Positions 28,718 to 39,690 of a DNA stretch of 64,000 nucleotides are shown here, in pieces. The position numbers were made by a program, and so were the translations under genes. The notes under the pieces were generated by a model that saw only the letters and a list, made by a program, of their open reading frames with translations, was not told where the DNA came from and ran no database searches. Each line of letters begins with the position of its first letter. Position 1 is the stretch's first letter. Source of the DNA: Tissierellia bacterium (GTDB lineage Bacteria; Bacillota; Clostridia; Tissierellales; Sedimentibacteraceae); the NCBI GenBank assembly GCA_028709465.1, contig JAQVWY010000006.1:4536-68535 (forward strand). Direction: 5' to 3'.

Positions 28718-29407
28718 ATGGGCGATGATTATACTTATGGATTTGATTGGGATAACGAATATTGTTATCCCAATTCTGATATTTTGAAGAATAAATTTAA
28801 TATTAAAGATCAAAATAGTTTAAATGTTGCTGAAAGAGAGCTAACGTCATTGCGCCTTGCTGAAATAGAGGTAAATCAAATAAAAGGTGTTTTTGATTTA
28901 CAACATTTACAGGATATTCATAAATATATATTTCAAGATATTTACAACTGGGCGGGTGAGCTTCGTAAGGTTAATATTTCTAAAGTCAATGTTTTTTGTT
29001 ATTCAGAAAATATCATTAGCTATGGTAAATTACTTTTTCAGAAAATAAAAGAAGAAAATTATTTAATGTTTTTAGATGAGAATAATATTTACGAAAGATT
29101 ATCTTATTATATGAGTGAAATAAATGCACTGCACCCTTTTAGAGAGGGGAATGGAAGGGCACAAAGAGTATTTATTTCAAGTTTAGGAAAAACAGCAGGA
29201 TATGAAATAGATTTTAATCAGGTATCTAATAAAGAAATGATTGAAATTAGCTCTAGTGCTTTTACTAAAGGACATGAAGAATACATTAATATGTTTAAAA
29301 GAATAACGAGTAAAATATCTGTTGAGGAACAACTAATTCATATCAAGCTAATATCAAATCCTAATGGTCCTTTACTTAAATGTTACTATTCACAGTCGAA
29401 TTTTTAA
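28718..29407 (+). CDS. fic: Fic-family protein (class I, AMPylation-type motif)
   Basis: Canonical HPFREGNGRAQR motif. Confidence 0.85.
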   Translation: MGDDYTYGFDWDNEYCYPNSDILKNKFNIKDQNSLNVAERELTSLRLAEIEVNQIKGVFDLQHLQDIHKYIFQDIYNWAGELRKVNISKVNVFCYSENIISYGKLLFQKIKEENYLMFLDENNIYERLSYYMSEINALHPFREGNGRAQRVFISSLGKTAGYEIDFNQVSNKEMIEISSSAFTKGHEEYINMFKRITSKISVEEQLIHIKLISNPNGPLLKCYYSQSNF

Positions 29408-29420
29408 GTGTGCAAGTTCG

Positions 29421-29492
29421 TGTCATTCTGAGGGCGCAGCCCGAAGAATCTCTATATATAAAGGAGATCCTTCGCTATCGATCTGGATGACA
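29421..29492. repeat. Intergenic palindromic repeat, full unit
   Basis: tgtcattctgagggcgcagcccgaagaatctc ... gagatccttcgctatcgatctggatgaca; the two halves are imperfect reverse complements. Confidence 0.8.
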
Positions 29493-29554
29493 CATGGTTG
29501 GGAGTGAACAGTAACAATTCAGTGAATTAAATTAAGCAAATTTCAATATAATGT

Positions 29555-29583
29555 TTGATTTTTATTAAGATGTATGTTATAAT
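29555..29583 (+). promoter_or_regulatory. Candidate sigma-A promoter of the rimP-nusA-infB operon
   Basis: ttgatt, 17 nt spacer, TGt-tataat extended -10. Confidence 0.55.
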
Positions 29584-29605
29584 GTTAAAAAGAAGTGTTT
29601 TGACC

Positions 29606-29633
29606 GAAAGAGTGGGGAATTTCCCACTCTTTC
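29606..29633 (+). promoter_or_regulatory. 5' leader stem-loop of the nusA-infB operon
   Basis: Perfect 11-bp stem gaaagagtggg / cccactctttc with a 6-nt loop and no T run. Confidence 0.5.
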
Positions 29634-29686
29634 TAATTGTATAACTTGGATTTTTTGCGAATAACTTAATATAAGAAGGAGAATAT

Positions 29687-30151
29687 ATGAATAAAAAATC
29701 TATTGAATCATCTGTTTATAAAATAGTACAGGATATAATAAAAGATACTGTTTTTGAAATAGTTGATGTAGAATATGTTAAAGAGGGACCTTTTAAATAT
29801 TTGAGAGTTTATGTTGACAAACCAGAAGGTATAACTATTGATGATTGCTCTGATATAAGCCGGGTATTAAATAAAAAGCTTGATGAGATTGATTTTATTA
29901 AAGAACAATATTTTCTTGAAGTTTCATCTCCAGGTGTTGAAAGACCTTTCAAGAAGGAATCGGATTATTTAAAAAATATTAATGAAAATGTTGAAGTGAA
30001 ATTATATAAACCACTAAACGGGAAAAAATCAATTACAGGCATTTTGCTAGAAAAAAATGAAAATGATATAGTTATTAGCACTGATAATCAAAAATTAGTT
30101 ATAGAATTAAAGGATATATCAAAAATAAATAAAACTATTGGGGATTTTTAA
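29687..30151 (+). CDS. rimP: Ribosome maturation factor RimP
   Basis: 154 aa. LEVSSPG.ERP motif. Conserved position before nusA. Confidence 0.9.
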   Translation: MNKKSIESSVYKIVQDIIKDTVFEIVDVEYVKEGPFKYLRVYVDKPEGITIDDCSDISRVLNKKLDEIDFIKEQYFLEVSSPGVERPFKKESDYLKNINENVEVKLYKPLNGKKSITGILLEKNENDIVISTDNQKLVIELKDISKINKTIGDF

Positions 30152-30164
30152 TGGAGGTTAAAAA

Positions 30165-31223
30165 ATGAGCAAAGAAATATTGCGCGCATTAAATGAACTT
30201 GAAAAGGAAAAGGGGATACAACAAGAAGTAGTATTAGATGCAATTAAAGCTGCATTAGAATCAGGTTACAAAAAAAATTACAGCAAATCAAATAATTTTA
30301 GTATTGATATAGATGAAGAAAATGGTGAATATAAATTATTTTCTGATAAAGTAGTTGTGGATAATGTTGTAAATAAAAATCAAGAGATATCCTTAGAAGA
30401 TGCAAAAGATATAAATATTAAATATGAAATTGGTGATATTGTAAAAGTTGAAATTAAACCTAAAAAGGATTTTGGTAGAATTGCTGCCCAAACTGCAAGA
30501 CAAGTTATACTCCAGAAAATACGTGAAGCAGAAAGAGAATCAATTTTTAGTGAATATTATGGTAGGGAATCAGATATATTAACTGGAGTTGTGCAAAGAA
30601 TAAGCAAAGGTAATGTATATGTGGACCTTGGTAAAATTGAGGGAGTTTTAACACAAAATGAACAGATACCTAATGAAACTTATAATCAAGGGGATAGAAT
30701 AAAGACAGTTATATTGGAAGTTAAAAACACTGGAAAGGGAGCAAGTATATTGCTTTCAAGAAGTCATCCTAATCTTGTTAAAAGATTATTTGAGTTAGAA
30801 GTTCCAGAAATACATGATGGTATTATAGAAATACATGGTATATCAAGAGAAGCTGGATCAAGAACTAAAATAGCAGTTTCTACAAATGATCCAAATGTTG
30901 ATCCTGTTGGTTCATGTGTTGGTAATAAAGGAGCAAGAGTAAAAAATATAATTGATGAAATATGTCAAGAGAAAATTGATATTATAGTATATGATAAGGA
31001 TCCTGAAAAATATATTGCAAATAGTCTTGGACCAGCTAAAATTGTAAAGGTAACAGCTAATGAAAAGGAAAAAAGTGCTGTTGTAGTTGTACCAGACAAT
31101 CAGTTATCTCTTGCAATTGGAAAAGAAGGTCAAAATGCTAGACTTGCTGCAAAATTAACAGGTTGGAAAATCGATATTATTAGTGAAACCCAAGAAATTC
31201 AGAAGAATGATGAGGTGGTATAA
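30165..31223 (+). CDS. nusA: Transcription termination/antitermination factor NusA
   Basis: S1 and KH domains, with LAIGKEGQNARLA signature. Confidence 0.95.
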   Translation: MSKEILRALNELEKEKGIQQEVVLDAIKAALESGYKKNYSKSNNFSIDIDEENGEYKLFSDKVVVDNVVNKNQEISLEDAKDINIKYEIGDIVKVEIKPKKDFGRIAAQTARQVILQKIREAERESIFSEYYGRESDILTGVVQRISKGNVYVDLGKIEGVLTQNEQIPNETYNQGDRIKTVILEVKNTGKGASILLSRSHPNLVKRLFELEVPEIHDGIIEIHGISREAGSRTKIAVSTNDPNVDPVGSCVGNKGARVKNIIDEICQEKIDIIVYDKDPEKYIANSLGPAKIVKVTANEKEKSAVVVVPDNQLSLAIGKEGQNARLAAKLTGWKIDIISETQEIQKNDEVV

Positions 31224-31492
31224 TGAAAACTCGTAAAATTCCAATGAGAAAATGTATTGGCTGCATGGAAAGCTTTCCTAAAAAAGAATTAGTTCGAATA
31301 GTTAAAAATAAAGAAAACGAAATAAAACTTGATTTAACTGGTAAGCAAAATGGAAGAGGTACATATATTTGTAGAAAAACTGAATGTTTTGAAAATGCTA
31401 TTAAAAGCAAAAGGCTTTCAAAATCCTTAGAAACAGAAATCCCAGAAGAAATATATGAAGAAATTAAATCGGAGATTTCAAAGAATGAATAA
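31223..31492 (+). CDS. ylxR: YlxR-family RNA-binding protein (DUF448)
   Basis: RKCIGC....K.ELVRIV and GRG.Y.C motifs. Confidence 0.9.
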   Translation: MKTRKIPMRKCIGCMESFPKKELVRIVKNKENEIKLDLTGKQNGRGTYICRKTECFENAIKSKRLSKSLETEIPEEIYEEIKSEISKNE

Positions 31493-31778
31493 AATATATT
31501 CAATGCTGGGAATAGCTAGAAAAGGTGGAAAATTATCTATAGGATTTGATGCAACATGTTTAGATATTAGAAATAATAAAAGTAAGTTAGTTTTAATTGC
31601 AAAAGATGCTTCAGAAAAAACTAATAATAATATTCAATTTGAATGTGATAAATATGATGTAAAATTTATTGAATTTGGCGAAAAAGAACTTATAGGAAGA
31701 TGTTTAGGAAAAAAAGTGGTGAGTGTATTGTCAATTAATGATGAGAATATAGTTGACTATATATTAAATAACATATAA
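31485..31778 (+). CDS. ylxQ: L7Ae-family RNA-binding protein YlxQ
   Basis: LGIARKGGKL motif. Start moved to the ATG overlapping the ylxR stop. Confidence 0.8.
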   Translation: MNKIYSMLGIARKGGKLSIGFDATCLDIRNNKSKLVLIAKDASEKTNNNIQFECDKYDVKFIEFGEKELIGRCLGKKVVSVLSINDENIVDYILNNI

Positions 31779-31793
31779 TCCGGAGGTGTATGA

Positions 31794-33980
31794 ATGAGAA
31801 TATATGAATTAGCAAAAGAATTAAAAATGAATAGCAAAGATCTCGTAGTAATAGCTGAAAAAGAATTGGGCATAAAAATAAAAAATCACATGAGCTCTAT
31901 TACAGATTTAGAAACCTTAAGAATAAAGAAGGCTTTAAATATTATAAATAGCGGCAAAAAAACAAAGGAAAAGAAACCTGTTATCGATGATGATTCATTG
32001 GACGATGAAATAGATATTAATGGAGCAATAATTAAGCCAATCGATAAAAAGTTAATAGCTCCAAATAAAAAGCCTGTACAAATAACTAAACCAGCACAAT
32101 CTAACAAATCATCTAATAAGGGTAACCAAGGGAAAACAACAAATAAAAGTAATAAAAGAAATGATAATACTAAAAATCAAGTTCCTAATGAACCTGAAAA
32201 AAAGCCACAAGCAGTTAAACAAAAAAATATTGAAATTGAAGACTCTATAGTTGTGAGAGAATTAGCTGATAAAATTGGAGTTTCTGTTAATAATATTATT
32301 TCTAAACTTATTTTATTAGGTTTAATGGTAAATATGAACCAAGAAATTGATTTTGATACTGCTTCCATAGTAGCAGAAGAGTATGGTGTAACTCTAACAA
32401 AAAAAGTAGTAGTTGATGAATTAGAAAAAATAGAAGAATCTATTGAACTTCAGGATACTGATGATGAAAAGGACTTAGAACCAAGGCCACCAATAGTTAC
32501 AGTTATGGGCCATGTTGACCATGGAAAAACATCACTATTAGATGCAATTAGAGATACTTCTGTAACAGAAAGAGAAGCTGGTGGAATTACACAGCATATT
32601 GGTGCGTCGCAAGTTGAAATTAATGGAAAGAAAATTACATTTTTAGACACACCAGGCCATGAAGCCTTTACTTCAATGAGAGCTAGAGGAGCAAAAGTTA
32701 CAGATATTGCAATATTAGTTGTAGCTGCAGATGATGGAGTTAAGCCTCAAACTATTGAAGCTATAAATCATGCAAAAGCAGCAAATGTTCCAGTTATAGT
32801 TGCAGTTAATAAAATTGATAAACCAACTGCCAATGTTGACAAAGTAAAACAAGAATTAGCTGAACAAGGAATTTTGCCTGAAGATTGGGGTGGAGATACT
32901 ATATTCGTTCCTGTTTCTGCTAAAAAGAATATTGGAATTGAAGATTTGTTAGAAATGATACTATTAGTTGCAGAAGTACAAGAATTAAAGGCTAATCCTA
33001 ACAGGAGCGCAAAAGGTACTATAATTGAAGCTAAACTTGATAAGGGGAGAGGAGCCGTTGCAACAGTATTAGTTGAAAAAGGAACATTGAAAAAGGGAGA
33101 TATGGTACTAGTTGGAAGCACTTATGGAAGAGTAAGGGCAATGTTTTCCAGTAAAGGTAAAAAAATATCCCAAGCTGGTCCATCTGTACCTGTAGAAATA
33201 TTAGGTTTATCTGAAACACCTCAAGCGGGAGATTTATTAGTAGTTATGGATTCAGAAAAAGATGCAAAAAGTATTGCTGAAAAAAGAAAAGACAAAAGGC
33301 ATCTTGAAACTATGAATGCTACTTCAAAGGTTTCTTTGGAAGATTTATATGACAGAATTCAAAAAGGTGAAGTTAAAGATTTAAATATTATTATAAAGGC
33401 AGACGTAAGTGGATCTATAGAGGCTGTTAAGCAATCACTTCTAAAACAAAGTTTAGATGAAGTAAAGGTAAATCCAATACATGGCGGTGTTGGTGGAATT
33501 AATGAAAATGATGTTATGTTAGCATCAGCTTCTAATGCAATTGTTATTGGTTTTAACGTTAGACCTTCAGTTGCAGCAATAGAGCTTGCAAAAAGAGAAA
33601 ATGTTGATATTCGTACCTATAACATTATTTACAATGCCATTGAAGATATTAGATCAGCCGTTAAAGGGATGCTTGCTCCAGTTTATAAAGAAGTAGTAAT
33701 GGGAAGAGCAGAGGTTAGAGCTACATTTAAGGTTCCTAATGTAGGTATAGTTGCTGGAGTATATGTATCAAGTGGTAAGGTTACTCGTAAGTCTTTAGTA
33801 AGACTTTTAAGAGATGATATTGTTATACATGAAGGCAAAATATCATCATTGAGAAGATTTAAGGATGATGTTTCAGAAATTAATACTAATTATGAAGGCG
33901 GTATTGGTATAGAAAATTACAATGACATTAAAGAAGGCGACATGATTGAAGCTTATATTATGGAAGAGATAAAAAGATAA
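31794..33980 (+). CDS. infB: Translation initiation factor IF-2
   Basis: [12 protein letters not shown] and DTPGH GTPase motifs. Confidence 0.97.
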   Translation: MRIYELAKELKMNSKDLVVIAEKELGIKIKNHMSSITDLETLRIKKALNIINSGKKTKEKKPVIDDDSLDDEIDINGAIIKPIDKKLIAPNKKPVQITKPAQSNKSSNKGNQGKTTNKSNKRNDNTKNQVPNEPEKKPQAVKQKNIEIEDSIVVRELADKIGVSVNNIISKLILLGLMVNMNQEIDFDTASIVAEEYGVTLTKKVVVDELEKIEESIELQDTDDEKDLEPRPPIVTVMGHVDHGKTSLLDAIRDTSVTEREAGGITQHIGASQVEINGKKITFLDTPGHEAFTSMRARGAKVTDIAILVVAADDGVKPQTIEAINHAKAANVPVIVAVNKIDKPTANVDKVKQELAEQGILPEDWGGDTIFVPVSAKKNIGIEDLLEMILLVAEVQELKANPNRSAKGTIIEAKLDKGRGAVATVLVEKGTLKKGDMVLVGSTYGRVRAMFSSKGKKISQAGPSVPVEILGLSETPQAGDLLVVMDSEKDAKSIAEKRKDKRHLETMNATSKVSLEDLYDRIQKGEVKDLNIIIKADVSGSIEAVKQSLLKQSLDEVKVNPIHGGVGGINENDVMLASASNAIVIGFNVRPSVAAIELAKRENVDIRTYNIIYNAIEDIRSAVKGMLAPVYKEVVMGRAEVRATFKVPNVGIVAGVYVSSGKVTRKSLVRLLRDDIVIHEGKISSLRRFKDDVSEINTNYEGGIGIENYNDIKEGDMIEAYIMEEIKR

Positions 33981-34014
33981 TTTTTATTAACAATATATGG
34001 AAAGAAGGTATGGC

Positions 34015-34386
34015 ATGTCAAAGATAAGAAATAATAGGCTTTCAGGGGAAATGAGAAAAGTGATTTCTGAAATTATCAGAACACAAGTAAAAGATCCCCG
34101 CATATCTGATTTAACTAGTGTTACAGACGTACATGTTACTGAAGATTTAAAATATGCAAAAGTGTATATCTCTGTATATGGTGATAGCGAGTCAACTCTT
34201 GAAGCTCTTCAAAGTGCAAAGGGATTTATTCGAAGAGAGGTAGGAAAAAATATTAAAATGAGGATAACTCCTGAATTAATATTTGAAAAAGATGATTCTA
34301 TAGAAAAAGGAATATATATGAGCAGTCTTATAGATAAGGTAATTAATAATGAAGCAGGTAAAGGGCATGAAAATGAATCAGAGTAG
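34015..34386 (+). CDS. rbfA: Ribosome-binding factor A
   Basis: R..R....... D.R.. T.T.V.V..DL..AKVY pattern. Start at MSKIRNNR. Confidence 0.9.
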   Translation: MSKIRNNRLSGEMRKVISEIIRTQVKDPRISDLTSVTDVHVTEDLKYAKVYISVYGDSESTLEALQSAKGFIRREVGKNIKMRITPELIFEKDDSIEKGIYMSSLIDKVINNEAGKGHENESE

Positions 34387-35335
34387 CATAAATGAAATGT
34401 TTAATATCATAGACAAATGCGAAAAAATATGTATTGCAGGTCATAAAGCACCTGATGGAGATTGTATAGGGTCTGTTATGGCCCTTTATGAAATTCTTAA
34501 GCCCTATAAAAATTTGACTGTATGTATTGATGGCAATATTCCATATAATTATAAGGAATTTATTGATGAAAGCATTTTAATGACTGAATACAACAAAGAA
34601 AAGTATGATGTTTTAATAACTCTTGATTGCAGTGATGTTCAAAGACTTGGAAAATTTAGTGATGTTTTTTATAATGCAAAAAATACTATATGTATTGATC
34701 ATCACAATACCAATAAAGGTTTTGCACATATTAATATTATAGAACATAATATAAGTTCTACAGGAGAACTATTATATAAAGTAATAGAAAATAAAAAAAT
34801 AGAAATTAACAAAAAAATTGCAGAACTAATTTATATAGCAATTTTAACTGATACAGGAAAGTTTAGTTATTCAAATACAAGCAAGAGTACACATGAAATA
34901 GTTGGAAACCTTATTGATAAAGGTGTAGATGTATCTTATATAGATAATGTAATTTATAACTCAAAACCGTCAAATGTTGTGAAAGCTTACATCGATTGTA
35001 TATCAGGTATTGAACTGCTATCAGATAATAAAATTGGGTTAGCTACTATAACTCAAAAAATTATTTCTGAAAATAATGTTGACATGGGAGATATTGACGG
35101 GGTTGTTGAATTTATTAGAGAAATTAAAGAAGTAGAAATTTCCTGCGTTTTTAAAGAATATGATGACAGCATTAAAGTTAGTTTACGTTCAAAAAATGAT
35201 ATTGATGTATCAAAAATATCTGAAATATTTGGAGGAGGCGGACATAAAAAGGCTGCTGGATTTGAAATAAATGATAACTTAAGCAATTCCAAAAAAATTG
35301 TATTAAACGAATTAAGAAAATATATTGGTGAATAA
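34373..35335 (+). CDS. nrnA: DHH/DHHA1 phosphoesterase (NrnA-type oligoribonuclease / pAp phosphatase)
   Basis: HKAPDGDCIGS, DHH and GGGH motifs. Start ambiguous (34349, 34367 or 34373). Confidence 0.75.
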   Translation: MNQSSINEMFNIIDKCEKICIAGHKAPDGDCIGSVMALYEILKPYKNLTVCIDGNIPYNYKEFIDESILMTEYNKEKYDVLITLDCSDVQRLGKFSDVFYNAKNTICIDHHNTNKGFAHINIIEHNISSTGELLYKVIENKKIEINKKIAELIYIAILTDTGKFSYSNTSKSTHEIVGNLIDKGVDVSYIDNVIYNSKPSNVVKAYIDCISGIELLSDNKIGLATITQKIISENNVDMGDIDGVVEFIREIKEVEISCVFKEYDDSIKVSLRSKNDIDVSKISEIFGGGGHKKAAGFEINDNLSNSKKIVLNELRKYIGE

Positions 35336-36207
35336 TGAACGGAATTTTAAATATTTTAAAACCAACGGGTATGACTTCTCATGATGTGGTAAGCACTGTT
35401 AGAAAAATATTAAATACTAAACGCGTCGGACATGCTGGAACACTAGATCCTAATGTGGCAGGTGTTTTAGTTATATGTGTTGGCAAAGGTACAAAATTTA
35501 GTGAAGTTTTAATAAATGGTGATAAGAAATACATATGTGAAATGGTCCTTGGATCAAGTACAGATACACAGGATAGTTATGGTAAGATATTGGAAGAACA
35601 TGTTGTCCCCAAATTTAGTGAAGTACAAATATTAAATGCATTAAAAGATTTTGAAGGTGAACAAATTCAAGTTCCTCCTATGTTTTCAGCTGTAAAATTA
35701 AATGGTAAGAAATTATATGAATATGCTAGAGAAAATATAAAGGTAGAAAAACAAGGAAAGAAAATTAATATTAAGGAAATTAAGTTAATAAAGTTTGAAT
35801 ACAATAGATTATTAATAAGCGTAACATGTTCTAAAGGAACTTATATGAGAACATTGTGTAATGATATTGGTAAATATTTAAATGTTTCAGCTCATATGGG
35901 TGTACTTGTGAGAGTTGATGCAAAAGGTTTGAATATAAATGATTCTATAACATTAGAACAGCTTAAATATTTGAATGACAATGATAAATTAAATGAATGC
36001 TTAATACAGGTAGATAAAATAGTGGATTATAAAAAAGTTTATGTAGATAAAAAGTTTTATGATAAATTAATTGTAGGTAATGAAATTTCTTATGATACCT
36101 CTAATATTGAAAATGAAGAGTTTTTTATATATTGTAATGACTTACTCATTGGAATAGGCAAAAAATCAAAAGATAATGAGATAAAAATAAACAAGTTATT
36201 AATATAA
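35335..36207 (+). CDS. truB: tRNA pseudouridine(55) synthase
   Basis: GHAGTLDP catalytic motif. Confidence 0.95.
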   Translation: MNGILNILKPTGMTSHDVVSTVRKILNTKRVGHAGTLDPNVAGVLVICVGKGTKFSEVLINGDKKYICEMVLGSSTDTQDSYGKILEEHVVPKFSEVQILNALKDFEGEQIQVPPMFSAVKLNGKKLYEYARENIKVEKQGKKINIKEIKLIKFEYNRLLISVTCSKGTYMRTLCNDIGKYLNVSAHMGVLVRVDAKGLNINDSITLEQLKYLNDNDKLNECLIQVDKIVDYKKVYVDKKFYDKLIVGNEISYDTSNIENEEFFIYCNDLLIGIGKKSKDNEIKINKLLI

Positions 36208-36232
36208 GTTTAATGAAAAATAGGTGGTTTAA

Positions 36233-36982
36233 ATGATCATTAATGAAAACCCGTCATGTGTAGCTATAGGTAATTTCGATGGAATACACATAGGACATGA
36301 TACTCTTATTCGAAGAATGCTTGAATTAAGTAATGAAAAAAGCTTACAAAGTATTATCATTACATTTAAATATATTAAAAAAGAATTAAGAAAATCAAAT
36401 TATAATTTAAAATATATAAATAATTTGGAAAAAAGATTAGAGTTGCTAAATGCTTATGGGGTAGATAAGGTAGATGAAATAGAACTTGATGATATAATAT
36501 CTCAATATTCTCCTGAACAATTTATTAAAGAAATATTAGTTGACATTTATAATTCTAAATACATAGTTGTTGGATATAATTTTACATTTGGACATAAGGC
36601 AATGGGAAATGTAAAAACATTAAAAGAATTTGGGGAAAAATATAATTATGTTGTTGAGGAAATTCCACCGGTAAAATATAATGGTATTACAGTAAGTTCA
36701 ACTCTAGTTCGCAATTTAGTAAGAGAAGGCAAGATAAAAGATGCCAATAGTTTATTAATTCAAAATTATACAATATATTATAAAGATATAAAAATTGATT
36801 ATAATAAAAATATTGCTATTGTAAATAATAAGAATACTACCGTTATTCCTGCTGATGGTAAATATAAGGTAAAAGTAGGCGAAAGGCAAATGAATATTTC
36901 TATTAAAACTAATAAAGATAATTCAATAATAACTTTTGATAACTTATTAGAAAAAAATAAGGACATTATTTTTTTAGGATAA
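36233..36982 (+). CDS. ribF: FAD synthetase (FMN adenylyltransferase) with short, degenerate riboflavin-kinase-like tail
   Basis: GNFDGIHIGH and SST.VR motifs present. Only 249 aa, and the GFPTAN kinase motif was not found by eye. Confidence 0.75.
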   Translation: MIINENPSCVAIGNFDGIHIGHDTLIRRMLELSNEKSLQSIIITFKYIKKELRKSNYNLKYINNLEKRLELLNAYGVDKVDEIELDDIISQYSPEQFIKEILVDIYNSKYIVVGYNFTFGHKAMGNVKTLKEFGEKYNYVVEEIPPVKYNGITVSSTLVRNLVREGKIKDANSLLIQNYTIYYKDIKIDYNKNIAIVNNKNTTVIPADGKYKVKVGERQMNISIKTNKDNSIITFDNLLEKNKDIIFLG

Positions 36983-37015
36983 CTTAAATAATTTATTAAA
37001 TTTCCTAATTTTGTA

Positions 37016-37044
37016 TTTACAAAAAATAAAATATATGTTAGAAT
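37016..37044 (+). promoter_or_regulatory. Candidate sigma-A promoter of rpsO
   Basis: tttaca, 17 nt spacer, TGt-tagaat extended -10. Confidence 0.5.
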
Positions 37045-37130
37045 TTATTGTTCCTTAATCTATGTTTTGCGATTCCTCAACGTATTGCTTGGATTATGGT
37101 GAAAATTATTAATTATGGAGGTATATAACA

Positions 37131-37400
37131 ATGGTATTAAGTAAAGAAGAAAAAACTAAAATTATCGAAGAATACAGAATTAACGAGAAGGATACAGGAT
37201 CCCCTGAAGTTCAAATTGCTGTATTGACTTACAGAATCAACAATTTAACAGAACATTTAAAGTCAAACAAGAAAGACCATCACTCAAGAAGAGGTCTTTT
37301 ACAAATGGTTGGTCAAAGAAGAGGTTTTCTTAACTATTTAAAAGATAATGATATCGAAAGATACAGAAGCATTGTTGCAAGATTAGGATTAAGAAGATAA
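37131..37400 (+). CDS. rpsO: 30S ribosomal protein S15
   Basis: [16 protein letters not shown] signature. Confidence 0.97.
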   Translation: MVLSKEEKTKIIEEYRINEKDTGSPEVQIAVLTYRINNLTEHLKSNKKDHHSRRGLLQMVGQRRGFLNYLKDNDIERYRSIVARLGLRR

Positions 37401-37415
37401 TTTTAAAAGAAAAAT

Positions 37416-37453
37416 AAACAGGAGCGGGGATACCCGCTCCGTTGTTTAATTTT
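37416..37453 (+). terminator. rpsO terminator/attenuator before pnp
   Basis: ggagcggg gata cccgctcc stem extended by aaaca/tgttt, followed by T-rich sequence. Confidence 0.75.
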
Positions 37454-37472
37454 AATAAATAAGGAGGTACTG

Positions 37473-39563
37473 ATGGAAAAAACATTTAAATATACTTTTG
37501 CAGGAAAAGAACTGAAAATTACAACAGGAAAAATTGCAGAGCTAACAAATGGTTCATGCATAGTGCAATATGGTGATACAGTTATAATGGCAAATGTGAC
37601 TGCATCAAAAGAACCAAGAGAGGGAATAGACTTTTTCCCATTGAGTGTAGATTATGAAGAAAAATTATATTCTGTAGGAAAGATACCGGGGGGATTCATT
37701 AGAAGAGAGGGCAAACCAGGAGATAAGGCAATACTTACCTCACGTCTTATTGATAGACCTTTAAGACCGTTGTTTCCAAAAGGATATAGAAATGATGTAT
37801 CTGTAGTTGTAACGGTTTTATCTGTGGATCAAGATTGTTCTCCAGAAATAGCAGGTATGTTAGGTTCATCTATTGCATTGACTATTTCAGATATACCATT
37901 CGAAGGTCCAACTGGAGCTGTAAATGTTGGAATAATTAATGATGAATATATTATTAATCCTGATAGCAGCCAAAGAGAATTGTCATCACTTAGTTTAACT
38001 GTAGCAGGTACTAAAGATGCAATTATGATGGTTGAAGCAGGTGCTAATGAAGTAACTGAAAAAACAATGCTAGAAGCAATACTTTTTGCTCATGAAGAAA
38101 TTAAAAAATTGTGTGATTTTATAGAAAGCATAAGAAATGAGGTAGGCAAAGAAAAGTCCAAATATACATCATTTGTATGCGATAAAAATCTAGAACAGGA
38201 AATAAGAGAATATGCTTCCCCTATTATTAATGATGCTATAATTGTTGAGGATAAGCTTGAAAGACAAGCTAAAATAGATGCATTTAAAGAAACAGCAAAA
38301 GAAATATTTTTAGAAAAATATCCGGAAAATTGTGCTGATATTGATGATGCATTGTACAACATAGTTAAAGAAAAAGTTAGAGAAAACATATTAGTTAGAG
38401 GTGTTAGACCTGACAATAGAACTATTGATGAAATTAGAAAAATATCTTGCGAAGTTGGAATGCTTCCTAGAACTCATGGATCAGGATTATTTACTAGAGG
38501 TCAAACACAGGTTTTAACAGTAGCAACTTTGGGCGTTTCAAGTGATGAACAAATACTTGATGGAATTTCAGAAGAAACATCTAAAAGATATATGCATCAT
38601 TATAACTTCCCATCATATTCAGTTGGTGAAACAAGACCATCTCGAGGACCTGGCAGAAGAGAAATAGGCCATGGAGCATTGGCTGAAAGAGCATTAGAGC
38701 CAGTTATTCCAAGTGTTGATGAATTCCCATATACTATAAGATTAGTATCTGAAGTTTTAAGTTCAAATGGTTCAACATCTCAAGCAAGTGTTTGTGGAAG
38801 TACATTATCATTAATGGATGCAGGCGTTCCAATTAAAGCTCCAGTAGCAGGAGTAGCTATGGGACTTATAAAAGAAGGGGATGATGTAGCTGTTCTTACT
38901 GATATTCAAGGTATGGAAGACTTTTTAGGAGACATGGACTTTAAGGTTGCTGGAACCGCTAAAGGTATTACAGCTATACAAATGGATATGAAAGTTCATG
39001 GCATAGATAAAGCTATATTAGAAAAAGCATTAGAGAAAGCTTTGAAGGGAAGATTGTTCATACTTGGTAAAATGCTAGAGTGCATAGATACACCAAGAGA
39101 AGAAGTGAGCAAATATGCTCCTAAAATAATTAAAATGAGTATTAAGCCTGATAAAATCAGAGAGGTAATCGGTGCTGGTGGAAAGGTTATTAATAAAATT
39201 ATTGAAGAAACAGGAGTTAAAATTGATATTGAAGAAGATGGTTCAGTATTGATTGCAGCTGAAAATGTTGATAGCGCTTATAAGGCTAAAAAGATTATCG
39301 AGTCAATAGTAAAAGAAATTGAAGTTGGCGAAATTATGCTGGGCAAGGTTGTAAGGATTGCTTCATTTGGAGCATTTGTATCACTTACTGACAATAAAGA
39401 TGGCTTGCTTCATATATCCCAGATTTCCGATAAGAGAGTTAACAAGGTTGAAGATGTTCTTAATGTTGGAGATGAAATTCTCGTAAAAGTAATAGAAATT
39501 GACAATCAAGGTAAAATAAAACTATCTAGAAAAGAAGCTATTAAAGAACAAGATACAAAGTAA
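37473..39563 (+). CDS. pnp: Polyribonucleotide nucleotidyltransferase (PNPase)
   Basis: 696 aa. Two RNase PH domains, then KH and S1 domains. Confidence 0.97.
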   Translation: MEKTFKYTFAGKELKITTGKIAELTNGSCIVQYGDTVIMANVTASKEPREGIDFFPLSVDYEEKLYSVGKIPGGFIRREGKPGDKAILTSRLIDRPLRPLFPKGYRNDVSVVVTVLSVDQDCSPEIAGMLGSSIALTISDIPFEGPTGAVNVGIINDEYIINPDSSQRELSSLSLTVAGTKDAIMMVEAGANEVTEKTMLEAILFAHEEIKKLCDFIESIRNEVGKEKSKYTSFVCDKNLEQEIREYASPIINDAIIVEDKLERQAKIDAFKETAKEIFLEKYPENCADIDDALYNIVKEKVRENILVRGVRPDNRTIDEIRKISCEVGMLPRTHGSGLFTRGQTQVLTVATLGVSSDEQILDGISEETSKRYMHHYNFPSYSVGETRPSRGPGRREIGHGALAERALEPVIPSVDEFPYTIRLVSEVLSSNGSTSQASVCGSTLSLMDAGVPIKAPVAGVAMGLIKEGDDVAVLTDIQGMEDFLGDMDFKVAGTAKGITAIQMDMKVHGIDKAILEKALEKALKGRLFILGKMLECIDTPREEVSKYAPKIIKMSIKPDKIREVIGAGGKVINKIIEETGVKIDIEEDGSVLIAAENVDSAYKAKKIIESIVKEIEVGEIMLGKVVRIASFGAFVSLTDNKDGLLHISQISDKRVNKVEDVLNVGDEILVKVIEIDNQGKIKLSRKEAIKEQDTK

Positions 39564-39581
39564 ACAGAAATAAATAACGAG

Positions 39582-39625
39582 ATAACAAATATCATACTAG
39601 TAGTATATGAATTTGTTATTTTTTA
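39582..39625 (+). terminator. pnp terminator
   Basis: ataacaaat / atttgttat stem plus T run. Confidence 0.7.
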
Positions 39626-39690
39626 TTGCTTTTAAGAGATCACGCAGTCTCATTCACAAAAATATTTACTCCCTATGGTCTTATATTTCT

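Noticed and set aside
28354-29401. 9-bp inverted repeat (ttcgactgt / acagtcgaa) flanking the VbhA/Fic module, as possible mobile-element ends.
   Set aside because: It is only 9 bp. The right copy lies inside the fic coding sequence, and a chance match is plausible.
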